Positions 13,891-26,535 of a stretch of 64,000 nt of DNA are shown piece by piece. The stretch's first letter is position 1; every line of letters starts with the position of its first letter. The notes under the pieces are model-generated. The model was not told where the DNA came from and searched no databases. It was given only the letters and a program-made list of their open reading frames with translations. Made by a program: the position numbers and the translations under genes. This stretch comes from the human T2T-CHM13v2.0 reference genome, Homo sapiens. The stretch lies in NCBI RefSeq assembly GCF_009914755.1, contig NC_060927.1, one strand, 5' to 3'.

Positions 13891-14539
13891 CAAAATGAAT
13901 TCTAAATGCACCTCTGAGCACTTAACAAGCCTCCTGAACTTTTCACATGATGAAAATTCAATGTGACTAAACACAACCACTTCTTTTCTCCCAAATCTCT
14001 CTATGTAGAAGTTTAAAAATATATCATAAGCACTTTGCTCATGTACTATTGTAATGTAAAACTACATTTAGCACTTATAGAATATACTTTATACATAGAA
14101 ACAGGCACTTTTACTATTTTTCTCCTGCTTTCCAAGTAGAATGCATTTGAACACTGGCATATGCACTACATTTTGTTATCATATTCATAGGGTGATATTG
14201 AATTTCCAGTCCAGCCAGGCTGTGCCTATTTAGGCTTAGATAAGATGGAGCCCACCTCTGTAGACACTGACCGATGAACTCATAATTAGCTCTGAACATG
14301 TAGGACCCCAGTCCACCAGTTAATTTTTAAGATTCCAACATCAACTTTAATATATGACCAGACAATTGTCCTGTAAATGTTAAGAGATCCTTCAATTCTC
14401 TGCTAGTTGCCAAGGTTAATAATGGTGATTTTTGTGGAGGGTATATGATTTGTTGGGCTAGAGGGGGCTTACTTGTCTTTGGGACTCATTTGCAAACCAA
14501 AAAAATGAAGTACTTTCCACCTATTCTAAAATGCATCTT

Positions 14540-14690
14540 TATACTCTCTACGAAGTAGTTACCATTATACCCATTTTACAAATGAGGAAAGAATCCAGAG
14601 ATATTAAATAAGCAGCCAATGCCACAGTTAATAAGTGGCAGAGCTGGGATTCTACTTTATGTCTGCCTCATTTCAATGCCTGTGTTTTAA
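14540..14690 (-). mobile_element. MIR SINE
   Basis: CCCATTTTACAAATGAGGAAA...TAAGTGGCAGAGCTGGGATT. Confidence 0.8.
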
Positions 14691-15144
14691 GGCCAAAGTT
14701 GACCTAGTCATTTACTCCTGTGTGTAGACTCTTCCCCTTCTAATTAGCAAAGTGCATTTTTATGGCGGTCACCCAGGATTGGGGTTGTGTTGGGAGACTA
14801 GAAGTCACTAGCATGTGCCCATTGACATCTCTATACCTTCTTAATGAAAGAAGCTGCTGGGGCTGCTCTTGAGGTATGACTACGGCTTGTAAAACAGTAC
14901 ACGCTCACGGTAAGAATGTCTAACTTAGGTGACTTCAGCATTACACAATTGGCAACTACAACCCCCCAAAAGGCATGGGGGAATTAGTTTTAATAGTGCC
15001 AGTCATTCCACCTGCCATTGCATGTGGAGTGAGAGTGAGGTGGGAGCTGACAATCTGCTATTCCCTCAGCCAGTCTTGGCTAACTTGCCTTGTGAGTCTG
15101 TTGTTTAAAGATAAGTATTTAGCCATCATCATCATCATTAATAG

Positions 15145-15467
<323 letters not shown>

Positions 15468-16418
15468 AATGTTTGCAATTTTAACACCATCACAGAACAG
15501 AAGTGGCAGTTACATAATAAATACATTCATGAGCTTTCTATGATGTTTTCACCCACCCAAAGGCTAGATAAAATTTATGAAATTGTTTGTCTGTGGGAAG
15601 GAAAACATGTTGGGATGCTATACTGAGAGCACTCACATGTCATCTCCATGAACTCAGGCCACCTAACTAACAACGGACAAACTCTCATCAAGTAACACTT
15701 AACAAAGTGTGTGTGTGAGAGAAGGAGCGAATGCAACCAGGGCCACAATGCCTGAGAACTGTGATTGGACAGAGCCAAGACTGATTAAGAAGCTTACACA
15801 AGAAGCTTAAACAAGAGAAACTGCAAGTAAGTGTCCTGCAGTCCCCCTGTGCCCAGAGCAGACATCGCTAATCAATCTTGCCTCTAAACATGCAAGGCCA
15901 GTGAGACTATTAATAATCCAGCTTTAGAGAAGTGTATGTTTCTATCTAATGTTGTCTGGTCTTAAGCCAGTTACTGGTCCAGTGCTCAGCTGAGTGGACA
16001 AGCTGTGAAGGGATTGGAGTTTGCTTATTGAAAGGGACAGCGACATGTTCTGTGATGCTCTGTGTTGCTGTAAAGAGATTCAGACTGTTTCTTTTGTTAG
16101 AAACAGAGATTAGAACAACAAAATGATAAACGGGGATTATTTTACATCATTGAAGTACATAAGAATAAGAAAAACACCTACCAAAAATATTGCGGAACAC
16201 AATGCATGTGTGTCCATGTTTTGGGCCAGGGGAATGGGTTATGTTAAAATTGTGGGACTCTGGAGAGTTTCAGGTCCCTAGCCAATTGTATAGGGAAGGG
16301 AAGTCTTTAGCCTTCAGAAGCAATCATTGCCAAGAGGACACATCCCTCCATCCCCTATGACTTCCAAGACACATCAGACAAGAAATCTCCAACTTTGGAA
16401 TAAAAACCAAAATCATCA

Positions 16419-16512
16419 TCTCCCTCCTTCCCTTCTTTCTTCCCTCCCTTCCTTCCTTCCTTCCTCCCATCTCTCCACTCCTCCATCCTTCCATCCTTCC
16501 ATTCCTCTTGCT
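16419..16512. repeat. (CCTT)n/(TCCA)n pyrimidine-rich simple repeat
   Basis: CTCCCTCCTTCCCTTCTTTCTTCCCTCCCTTCCTTCCTTCCTTCC... Confidence 0.85.
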
Positions 16513-17691
16513 TTCCCCAAGTGAAACATAGAAGACACTCTGAGCTTTTGTTTCAGACTTGAGGAAATAGATATGGGGTGAGCATAAATCCTACCCCCCT
16601 ACCCCCTCACTCCACCCACCCCATTCCAGATCTCTCCTGTTTTCTGCTTGAAAATCTTTTAAGGAAAAAAAAAAAAGCTGGCAATTCCACCCTGAGAAGG
16701 AAAAGGGTTTAAATGCAAATGAGAGTTCAAGGTAACATTTGAGTGTGAATGGGTTTCATTCAGAGAATGCCAATCACTCAGCCATCACAAATGATTGACA
16801 AGAATTCAGGGGCTCCTGGCACCCAAGGAGTGCCTATAAGAGGTGCGGAAAGAGGGCAGAGAAAGTGAAGAAGACACATTCTGTGCCTTTCAAATTTGTC
16901 CAAGGGTTAGACCCTTGGACTTTAGTTGGAAATGGAGCCTGAAAGCCATTAGGTTTCTAGTAATGGTGAAGATATATTTTCTTAAATTTCAATTGTTTCA
17001 GAATTTGTTTCTATAGTGAAGATCTCTTCTTTATCTTGAGACTACCCCCAAGAAACCCTCAACAAGTATCACCCCTTGATACTTGCACCTCACAGTCATT
17101 TAACTAGATTGTGGCTAGACCCATTCTGGGATGCATAGCAGGTCATTTGGGGTAATTCTCACTTTTCACCTGAACAGCTACACATCACTATGCTAAAAAT
17201 GAACCAACCCCTCTCACATTGTCAGGAGTCAAATTGATTTGTCTGTCAAGGCTGTCATAAAAGTCTGTGGCTCTGCAAGAGCATTCAGATTTTGCTTTAT
17301 TAATGTCTGAAATATTGGAAAGAACATGTGGATTATTCATGGAAAACTGCAACCCCTGTGTGTTTTCTCCTCTCTTGGTCATCTTCATTATGAGTTGGTT
17401 TTGGCTTAAGGCATGCAAAATGAAGCCAGAATCTTTCGAAGCATACTCTATCTGGGAAGGTAAGACATTGGTGAAAACTAATGTATTCCAAATGAAAAAC
17501 GAAAACAGAATTTCAGACTATCTACTGTTTAGAATCTAAACCCTTCCTTTTTCTCTTAATTGCAATTCTCTAAATATTTACTGAACATCTCCTATTTGTC
17601 AAGTGTGAGAGACTCCCAAATGAACTATATAAATATGACTTCTGTTCTCATGTGGCTTATTAGCTCAGAAAATGTAGTTGACTGCTGCAAC

Positions 17692-18230
17692 TTCAAAGAC
17701 ATTTTTTTGGGAAGAGGCACATTCCTACTTGAAGTTCAGCATTGAAATTGGTTCCCTTTTGGGGGACCCCATTACATGGCACTGTTCACACATCACTCTC
17801 ACTTGGAGAAACAATACTCTCCTACTCAAACCAAACTCCTTCTTTATCTGATGATTCCCCAAACAATTCCTCTACCCATGTTAACTAAGTTAGTGTTATT
17901 CTGACTCTAAAACGGAATAACAATCTTTTCACAATTCACCAAATTAAGTTAAGCATATCGTTGAAATTGTCTGAAGTGAAACTTCCTCTCATCCATGGAT
18001 TTCCTAAATGACTGGAACCCCCCTGTCTGCTAATAAGCAATTTATAAAATTATCTAAGTTTGCAACCAATACTGGGCATAAAGTGATTGAAGGGTGACTA
18101 AACAGAGTATTGTTTCTCCAAGTAAGTGATGTGTGAACAGTGCCATGTAATGGAGTGCCCCAATATAGAACCAATTTCAATGCTGAATTTCAAGTAGGAA
18201 TGTGCCTCTTCCCAAAAATATATCTTTGAA
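17692..18230. repeat. Long inverted repeat: arms 17692-17820 and 18104-18230, spacer ~283 bp
   Basis: Left arm TTCAAAGAC...AAACAATACTCT aligns to the reverse complement of right arm AGAGTATTGTTT...TATCTTTGAA with ~8-9 mismatches and one 2-bp indel. Confidence 0.95.
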
Positions 18231-18324
18231 TAATCTTCCCTTTACAAAGATCATAGGTGGATGAGAAGAAATTCAATTTCTTAAAAGGAGTGCAAGTTTT
18301 ATCTCATTTCATTATCTTGGCAAT

Positions 18325-18483
18325 CAATAGAGGCAAGAGACAGATAAATCCTAGGCAGACAAGGGAGGGTCCCTACGGAAACCCCACTTTCAAGCCAAAA
18401 ACAGTTTAAAGCCTGAAAGTCAAGCTACAAGTCAGATCCATGGACCAGATTGAGAACCTGTCTTCCTATTTGGCATGCTTTCC
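18325..18483 (+). mobile_element. Inverted partial LTR (first ~160 nt of U3), same family as the 5' LTR
   Basis: ..ATAGAGGCAAGAGACAGATAAATCCTAGGCAG...ACAGTTTAAAGCCTGAA...GATTGAGAAC is ~80% identical to the reverse complement of 24560-24719. Confidence 0.9.
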
Positions 18484-20877
18484 ATTGGCTGGCAGTTGGT
18501 AGATGAAGCTTGCCATCCTCCGACTGTACCCATCCTGAGGACCAAAAGATGTATTCCTGAGAGGTGGCCCATTCTATTTCTGCAGAAGAATATTGAGATT
18601 TTATTTCTCTTATGGAGCCCTCCCACATTAGAGGGGCTTCAAGTGGATCAGAAATCTAGGGCCCTCTCACTGCTGATTTACCTGCTTGGTCAGCCAACCT
18701 ATTTCCCTCGGCTATTTCATACGTTCCCTTTGGGTGGCCTTTACAATGTATTACTGCCACTTCCCATGGGAGTAAAACTGAGGATAATAGTCTATTAGTT
18801 TCCTGATGGTATTTAATGGGAGACCCATTAGCTGTGAGGAAGTTCCTCTCTTTCCAGATGGTGGCATGGACACGGAGGACTAGAAAAGCATACTTAGAAT
18901 CAGTATGAATGTTAACTGCTTTCCTCTTGCCCAGGTAAGTGAGCTCTTGTGCCTGAGGAGACAGATGTGTTCTCAACAATATCATTCAGGGTAATTATTG
19001 CATACCCTGCTTTATGGATCACTTGTTCTACAAAGGAAGTTCTGTCTGTAAAGAGAGTCCAGTCTGAGTTCTCTAAGGGGTTTTCCTTGAGGTCCTCTCT
19101 GGCTGCATAGGTTTGTACTACTATGTTTGCAATTATGTTCAAGCTCCCCAGCTTCCTCTGGGAGGAAGGTGGCTGGGTTTATGGAGAGACAGGTTCTTAA
19201 TTGGACTGCAGATCCCTCTAATAGTACAGCTTGATGTTTGAGGAGGTGGTTATCCATCAGCCAGAAACTCCCCTTAGAAGACAGCAGTTCAGCCACATTA
19301 TGTACAGTATAAGAGATTGTTATTCCCCACGGTTAGTAGTCTCTGGTAGCAGAAGGGCTACTGCTGCAACTGCCTGGATGCAGGTAAGCCATCTTTTAGC
19401 TATCAAATCAAGCTCCTTACTTAAGTAGCCTACAGGCTGCTGGGCTGGACCTCAGGCCTGAGTTAGAACTCCCAGGGCCATTCCCTTCCTTTATGACACA
19501 AAGATTAAATGTCTTCCCTATGGGAAGACTAAGGGCTGGTGCCTCAAGCAAGTCTTGTTTTAACTGGTCAAAGGCCTTTTTAGCCTCTGGTTCCCAAATT
19601 AGGGAGTGTGTTTTAGCTGCCTGAGTCTCCTTTATCAGGTGATATAAGGGACAAGCTACTTCACTGTAGCCAGGTGTCCATAGTCTGCAGAATCCTGTAA
19701 TGCCCAAGAATCCCCTCAGTTGCTTGAGGGTTTGGGGGAGGGGAAAGGAGGAGATGCGCTGAATCCTTTCTTTGCCCAATGCCCGTGTCCCTTATGACAA
19801 GACCAGACCTAGACACTTCACTGAAGTCTGACAGAGCTGAGCCTTAGATTTTGAGACCTTATAGCCTCTGTTATCCAGAAAATTAAGAAGAGCCTTACTA
19901 CCCTCCTGAGAGATTTCCTTAGTTTGGGCACAGAGGAGAATGTCACCTATGTATTGTAAAACTTTAACCTGAGGATAAAAGAATTCAGAGAGGTCTTTGG
20001 ACAATGCCTGCCCAAACAGGTGGGGGCTTTCTCAGAATCTCTGAGGTAACACCATCCAGGTTAGCTGGGTGGTCTGGCTGGAGGAATCCTCGAATATGCA
20101 AACAAATACTGTGAGTTGAGGTGTAACAGTATGCAGAAACAGGCTTCTTTTAGGTCTAGAGCTGTGAACCACTAAGTTCCTTCAGGTATTGGAGGTAGCT
20201 GGGCTTAGGGATTGGGAGCCACTGGATGAATTGGAACCACAGCCTTATTAACAAGGCAGAGGTCTTGGACCAGTCTCTCTTCCCCATTGGGTTTCTGTAC
20301 CTCCAATACTAGGGTATTACAAGAGCTGTTGCAGGGTTTGAGGAGGCCCTGCATCCTCAAGTTATCAATGATGGCTTCCAGTTCTTTCCTATAATAACTT
20401 CTGATTTCAGGGGATATTGTCTCTGGTTAGGGAAGGAGGTTAAGGTGGATCCAGACCTGTGTGGCAGTTGTGACTCGGCCAATTTTCCCTTGAGTTGCCC
20501 AAACTTCTGGGTTAAGATCGGTCTCCTCTAGGGGGAGACAAAGAGTCTGTCCTGGAGCCATAAGGATGGTGGTTCCCACATGAGCCAAAAATATCCCTAC
20601 CCAACAGGCATGATTAAAAAGACATGGGTAAACAAGAGGTCTCCCCAACTAAAACTAAGGGCCTGAGAAAAATATTGAGCTAAAGGCTTTCCTGAGATGC
20701 CCCTCATGGTCATCAGACAGGAGAGGAGCCCAGATTGTAGAGGAGAACTGAAAAGCTTGCTCCAGTGTCCAGGAGGAGCTCCGCCTTCCTCCCTTTGACT
20801 TCCAGAATCACCTGAGGCTCCTGTATGGTAATGGTGGTCTGGACCACTGGAGCCAGGGAGAGAATCCCTGAGACCCA
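18484..20877 (-). pseudogene. pol: ERV pro-pol relic (protease, RT, RNase H; truncated before integrase)
   Basis: LLDTGASFSVL (~20745-20780); WMVLPQRF*ESPHLFG; QYIGDILLC (decayed YxDD); LRGFLGITGFCR; WTLFTD; VNIHTDSKYAF; ends at GKLHLPTASQWK; many stops and frameshifts. Confidence 0.92.
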
Positions 20878-22309
20878 TCAGTCCTGTTGGACCATTTGGG
20901 AGATTGGCTCTGGGCCTGGTGACCTGTGTCTCCAGGGACAGCCCACCCTCCAGTGGTCCCCACTGCAGATTGGACAGGGTCAAGGTGGCTTCCTCATGCT
21001 GTCTAGATAGTCCTTCCTAAAATAGCCTGGCTTGTCACATTTGTAGCAGTTAACAGGTACATCCCAGGGATTCTGGGATTTGTCTTTTTTCTCTCTCTTG
21101 GGCCTCCTCCCTATCTCTGTTTTAAAAGACCAAGGTGGCCACTTTCAGGAGGCTCTCTAAAACACTATATGGTCCTATGGCCTGTTTCTGCAGCTTCATC
21201 CTGATATTAGGGGCTGCCTAAGTAATAAATTTATCCTTTGGAATTAGTTGTCCCTCAACTAAATCAGGAGATAGAGAGGTGTGCTTTACCGAGGCCCCTC
21301 TTAGCCTTTCCGGGAAGGCAGTTGGATTCTCATCTAATCCCTGGTCTATCATGGATAGTTGGAAGTAGTTGAGAGGCTTAGTTCTAGTCCTTTGTAAGCT
21401 TTCCAGCATGCACACCTGAAAGTGTTTCTTCTTCCATTCTCCCAATTCATCACTGGGATTCCATTTAGGGTCCTCCAATGGTACTGCTACTTTTCCAGTT
21501 GGATAAGGCTCTTCCCCTTTCCTAACACTATATGAGAGACAAAGCTTATCCCCAAATTTCTCTGCCACTTGCAGAGTGGGCTGCTTCTCAGTGTTAGTCA
21601 GTGTTTAATTCAAAAGTAACATAACATCTTTCCAGGAGAGTTCAAATACTTGGGTTAAATTCTGGAAAGCCTCTATATACCTGTCAGGGTCATCTGAAAA
21701 TTTGCCAAGATCCCCCTTAATTTGCCTGAAGTCCTGTAGAGAGAAGGGCACCTGGATCTTATTGGGGCCAGATTCCCCAGGCGTCTGTTGGAGGAGCAAG
21801 AGTGAGACTGGGTCTTGTATAGGGTGAAGATTTCTAGGAGGGGGCAAGCAAGAGAGAGAAACTGGATAGGGAGGACAGGGTGGACCCAGAGAAGAGCAGG
21901 GCCAAAGGGAGCTGGCTCCCCTGCTGGAGGTGCCTCTGGAGTTTGTTTCTCTAGTTCCCTGGGATTGCCCCTTGTAGCCTCTCCTGAGATGGCCGGTAGG
22001 AGGGCTGGATCAATCCTACAGTCTCAGTAAAGATCTGAATTTCCCTGCAAGGCAAAGAAAGCCTGCATATATGGGACCTCAGACCATCTGCCCTCAGATT
22101 TACAGAAAAGGTCCAACTGCAGGATGATGTTGAAATGAATGGTTCCTTCCTAAGGCCAAGCCAGTCCTTTCTGCAAATTATAATTTGGCCAAACCCTTTG
22201 TGCAAAGGGCTATAAGGCATTTTTTCCCCAGAGTCTGAGTGTCAAAGCATTCCCAGTGATTCAGGATACACTCCAGAGGAGTGTAGACTGAAGATGGTTG
22301 ATAGCCCAT
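20878..22309 (-). pseudogene. gag: ERV gag relic (HERV-W/HERV-9-like)
   Basis: ATG at 22309 (MGYQPSSVYTPLECILNHW); QLDLFCK..W.EVPY.QAFF; DLGKFSDDPDRYIEAFQ; MHR-like QGLDENPTAF; Cys-His boxes ~20940-21050; ends QQD-TGA at 20878. Confidence 0.9.
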
Positions 22310-23724
22310 CTGAAAGAGAGAGAAAAAGACATCCCTTAGATCCTTTATCTCTTTCACCTCTTCTCAGGGGTATGTAAGGGAGAGGAAAAAAGGGTGTCCC
22401 TGTTTTTTTCTTCCATCTTTTTATCCCTGAGTTCTGGAGACCTAGGTGGGTGCTGCCCATGGGTACCAGTGTGACCCTCCCCCAAGAAGCAGGGAGTCTA
22501 GAAGGTAGGAATTATTTGCACTCACCTCACACTGCCTATCCTCCCTGCTGTTGGCAACCTTTGAGTTCCCTAGACCTCATCTATGCCATGGATACAAGCA
22601 CGGCCTCCTTCCTTGAAGTGGAGGCTGAATTGAAAGGAATTAGTCCTGCCCATCTACACTTTGCCCCTTGACTTCCATTGTTATCTGCCTTTGGATCCCT
22701 CAGATCTAGTTTTCCTTTATAGGGCTTCAACCTGAAGCTTGGAATTGAGTTTGAGACAAAAAGGGCCTCAGGAGAGTGCATGGATTCATTTAAATTAAGT
22801 TCCAGGAGGCCCTTGTCAAATTTGCAGCCAGCAGCCAGTGGGCTGCTCCTCCACTGCTTCCCTATCATAAGCAGAGTGCTCAGGTAAAGCTGTGGAACCA
22901 GGCCCTCATCAAACAAGGGAGAGAATAAAAGTCTCATGAATTGGGGGCCTGGCCTAGTAAGATGCCTCCCAAAAGGAAAAAAAAAAAAAAACAGAAAACC
23001 TCTCATGTAGAAAAGCTCCCTGTATTTGTAGGGCTATGTGAACTCCTGACATGGGGGAAAACAGGAAAAATCAAAAAAACAACTTAAGTGCGGGGGGAAA
23101 GGTGCCTGACGGGGAAAGACTCTTGCTCTATGTAAACGGGTTCCTTCAACAGGAAAAAAAAAAAACCTCCTAATCCCTGTATCATCCTTGCCTCTAAGAA
23201 GAGACAGAAACTGCATTGTTCTGAATTGCATATCTGATGGCTGGGCCAAATATTCATTCTACCCAGTAATATCTATAGTTTGCAGCAACACACCTTTAAC
23301 AGTATGAAAGGAGAGATAGGAGCCATTTTAATCCATGAAAGAAAGATGAAAAAATACCATGGAGAAGTCTGGGGGTCTTGGCCAATGTCCTAACAAGTGG
23401 TCAGGGACCAGAGCTGGTCTGGGGGCCTTATAACAACACTGAGGTGTGGCCTTCTCCAGATGCCTTCAGTTGCTGCAGGACCTTATTCTGATCCCACATG
23501 GCAGCTAGACCTCTGTGAGGAGAAACAAAGCCAACATCCTTTCACCTGAAAGAGAAAGGCGGTGGGGGGCAGGGTCACATCCTGTCCTCTGTACCTGAGC
23601 CATCTACTCTTAACTGACGAATCAGAGTTTCAGTGCTTCATCTGCCTTCAGAAGAAAGTCTGAGGACAAGAAGTCTTGGGAAAAAAGTGAAGAGTCAGGT
23701 CCGCATTCGCTCACCCTTCCAATG

Positions 23725-23742
23725 ATCCCAGATGAACCCCCA
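23725..23742 (-). promoter_or_regulatory. Primer-binding site, tRNA-Pro type
   Basis: TGGGGGTTCATCTGGGAT versus the MLV-type PBS-Pro TGGGGGCTCGTCCGGGAT (15/18), 4 nt downstream of the LTR CA end. Confidence 0.9.
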
Positions 23743-23746
23743 GAAA

Positions 23747-24719
23747 TGACACAGAATTTTTCTTGGCCCCTTTGCCAGACTTGCAATAGGTGGGGCCTCA
23801 TCTACTTGGCCTGCCACTCTCAGCCCGTCAAGAGGGAACACATGAGTGAGTGAGTGCAGGGTCCGGACGACCACTGCAAGTGCTGACACAGGAGCAAGCT
23901 CTGTGCAGGTTCTGCAGCCAGACTAAGCATGTCTCCCAAGGGGAATACAACAATGCCCAGGCAGGGGTTCCCACAACCCTAAAGCCCCAGAGGAGGTGTT
24001 ACAGTGTGCTAATTAGCTCTTTTAGTTTCGCCATCCACAGCCCAATGGAGAGCAGATTGTTAGTAGCTCAGTCAGCCTCTTGCCCCACTCTGGCCCATGG
24101 CTCCAGGACTGGCATGCCTCCAAGACTGGCTTGGCTCCACCGCTGCTTATGTTGCATGGGGCGGCTGCCCTCTGCCAGTGAGGGCAGAGGGCCACTGTTA
24201 CAGCATTTCTGGGTACCCATGTTTGGTGGGTCCTGAGCTATTGTCTTGCATCCAAGAAGAATGAGGTCATGCTGACAATTGAAGGGTGGTGAAGGGAGAG
24301 AATTTTATTGAGCAACGCAACATCTCTCAGTCGAGAGAGAATGAGAAGGTCGGGTCATCTCTCCCGAAGTCAGGTCATCTTCCCAGTGTGGCTGAGTCTG
24401 GGGTTTTTGTAGGCACAGGATAAAAGAGTGTGTGCTGATTGGTCTGTGAGTATGCAAAAAAGGTTAAAACAAAAGCACCAATCAGAGGCAGGCACAGTGT
24501 AAATACAATTAGGGAGGGGTAGGTATACATAAAATAGGTGAAGGGTGGGGATCAATGAAAAGAACGTGTGCCAAACAGGAAGACATGTTCTCAATCCAGT
24601 TCATGGATTTGGCTTGTAGCTTGGTCTTCAGGCTTTAAACTGTCTTTCGCTTGAAGGTGGGGTTTCACTGGGGATGCACTCCTGCCTGCCTAGGATTTCT
24701 CTGCCTCCTGCCTCTGTCA
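23747..24719 (-). mobile_element. Complete ~973-bp 5' LTR (LTR27/LTR28/MER52 group)
   Basis: Begins TGACAGAGGCAGGAGGCAG, ends ..TTCTGTGTCA; decayed TATA-like GCCTACAAAAACCCC at ~24400-24414. Confidence 0.88.
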
Positions 24720-24723
24720 CAAT

Positions 24724-24845
24724 TATATAAAACTATTATTATCCCCATTTTACAGATGAGGGCAATGAGGCACAGGAAGGTTGGGTACATTTTGCCCCAG
24801 ATCACATCATGAATGAGTGACAGGACCAGGATGTGCACCCCTGCA
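24724..24845 (-). mobile_element. MIR SINE, right part; left part at ~18290-18320, split by the provirus
   Basis: ACTATTATTATCCCCATTTTACAGATGAGG...GAGGCACAG; left remnant ATCTCATTTCATTATCTTGGCAAT corresponds to the preceding MIR segment. Confidence 0.8.
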
Positions 24846-24879
24846 CTGAGGAGTGAAATGAATCCTGCTCAGATTGGAC

Positions 24880-25030
24880 CTGGTTCTTATCTATGAATGT
24901 GTATTAGAATTGTCTGAGGAGCTTTTCCAAAATGCTTTTACCTGGACTCGATCCCTGTGGATTCTGATTTAATTGATTGGAAGTAGGTAAGATCACATTT
25001 TAAGAAAGTGTTAGAGAGAGAACTACAGCA
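24880..25030. mobile_element. MER5-like hAT-Charlie fragment
   Basis: ATTAGAATTGTCTGAGGAGCTTT...GATTCTGATTTAATTG. Confidence 0.55.
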
Positions 25031-25468
25031 ATTGACATAACCAGGTTTCTTTTTTTTATATGTAGGGAAATAAAGCTTTCTAAATAAATCCGTTGGCTAA
25101 ATATTCAGAACATCATTCAGAACACAAACATTTTACTTTGGGTAAGTGTATAATCAGAGGTAGAATCTTCTAATAAAGGCCTTGGGGTAAGAAGAAGGCT
25201 TTCTGAGACAAATCAGATAATCACATGGCACCAGCACAATTTGGTCCACAGAAGGGCAACTGGATCCTACCACACCTGGCAGCAACCACGACACAAGGTA
25301 TACTGGGTGACCTTTTCCACAAGGTCCTCTGAGTGCAGAATAGACTTCACAGCAAAGTCACTGTGCATTCCTTGGCATGTAGTGTTCATCTATTGCAAGA
25401 ATATACTCTATGCCAATTCTCTACATCAGTTATGGGTTCAGTTATTTTGCTTTAAAAATTATGGAAGA

Positions 25469-25789
<321 letters not shown>

Positions 25790-26424
25790 CTATCAGCCAA
25801 GATTTTAGTACTATCTCAGCCACACTAAATGTTACAGGTGCTCTAAGTAAACAAAGAAAAAAATGATTTTCATAGTGAGGAATAAAATTTCAAGCCACAA
25901 AACTTTGACTTGACCATGGTATTTGATGAGAATAGGTGGAATAAAATGATCTTGTTGTCCTAGGTATTTGAAAATCCAGTGTACTGGCTGTTACCCTTAT
26001 GAGCAAAGATAAGAAAGAGAAGTCTAGAAAATACATTTATGTTTAGGTGAGCCCAGGAGCACAATGAACAGACAGCATGAGGCGAACAGGGCAGAAAAAC
26101 TGTTGAGTTTAAATCTGTACAGTTTCTGTTTCTTGTCATCAGAAAAAATCACAGTTCTTCCAATGTTTATAGAAAATGTGCACAAGTATGTCTCTAAGAC
26201 ATTCAACTTCAGACTTGAGGCTTTATTTAATTGCTGAGGGATATAATTTTCAACTTCAGAGCATGTATTGACCACAAAATTTGAAGAGTCTATTTGTTGC
26301 AGAACACCTAAGCAATAAAAGCAACTCACCAGCTTCTTTGGTTGGGTAGAAAACTATCAATTGTCTGAGTCTAGCTTTATCCTTGCTGACTGTTAGAAAG
26401 TACCTCCAGAAAGTGATGAAATGC

Positions 26425-26535
26425 ATTTGAATGTGGCTAGTGCAACTGCGGAGCTGAATTTTTAATTTTGTTGAATTATAATTAATTTAAAGTTAAATAG
26501 CCACATTAGTGGCTGCTGTATTAGACAGCACAGAT
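26425..26535. mobile_element. MER3/MER33-like hAT-Charlie fragment
   Basis: AATGTGGCTAGTGCAACTG.GGAGCTGAATTTTTAATTTT...AATAGCCACA...TTAGACAGCACAG. Confidence 0.75.

Larger units (their letters stand above)
18325..24719 (-). mobile_element. Defective class I (ERV1, gamma-like) provirus, HUERS-P/MER52-int group with LTR27/LTR28-like LTR
   Basis: 5' LTR, tRNA-Pro PBS, gag, pro, RT and RNase H relics on - strand; 4-bp TSD CAAT at 18321-18324 and 24720-24723; inserted into a MIR. Confidence 0.9.

Noticed and set aside
18484-22309. Functional or domesticated retroviral gag/pol gene
   Set aside because: Multiple stops and frameshifts, RT YxDD decayed to YIGD, no integrase or env
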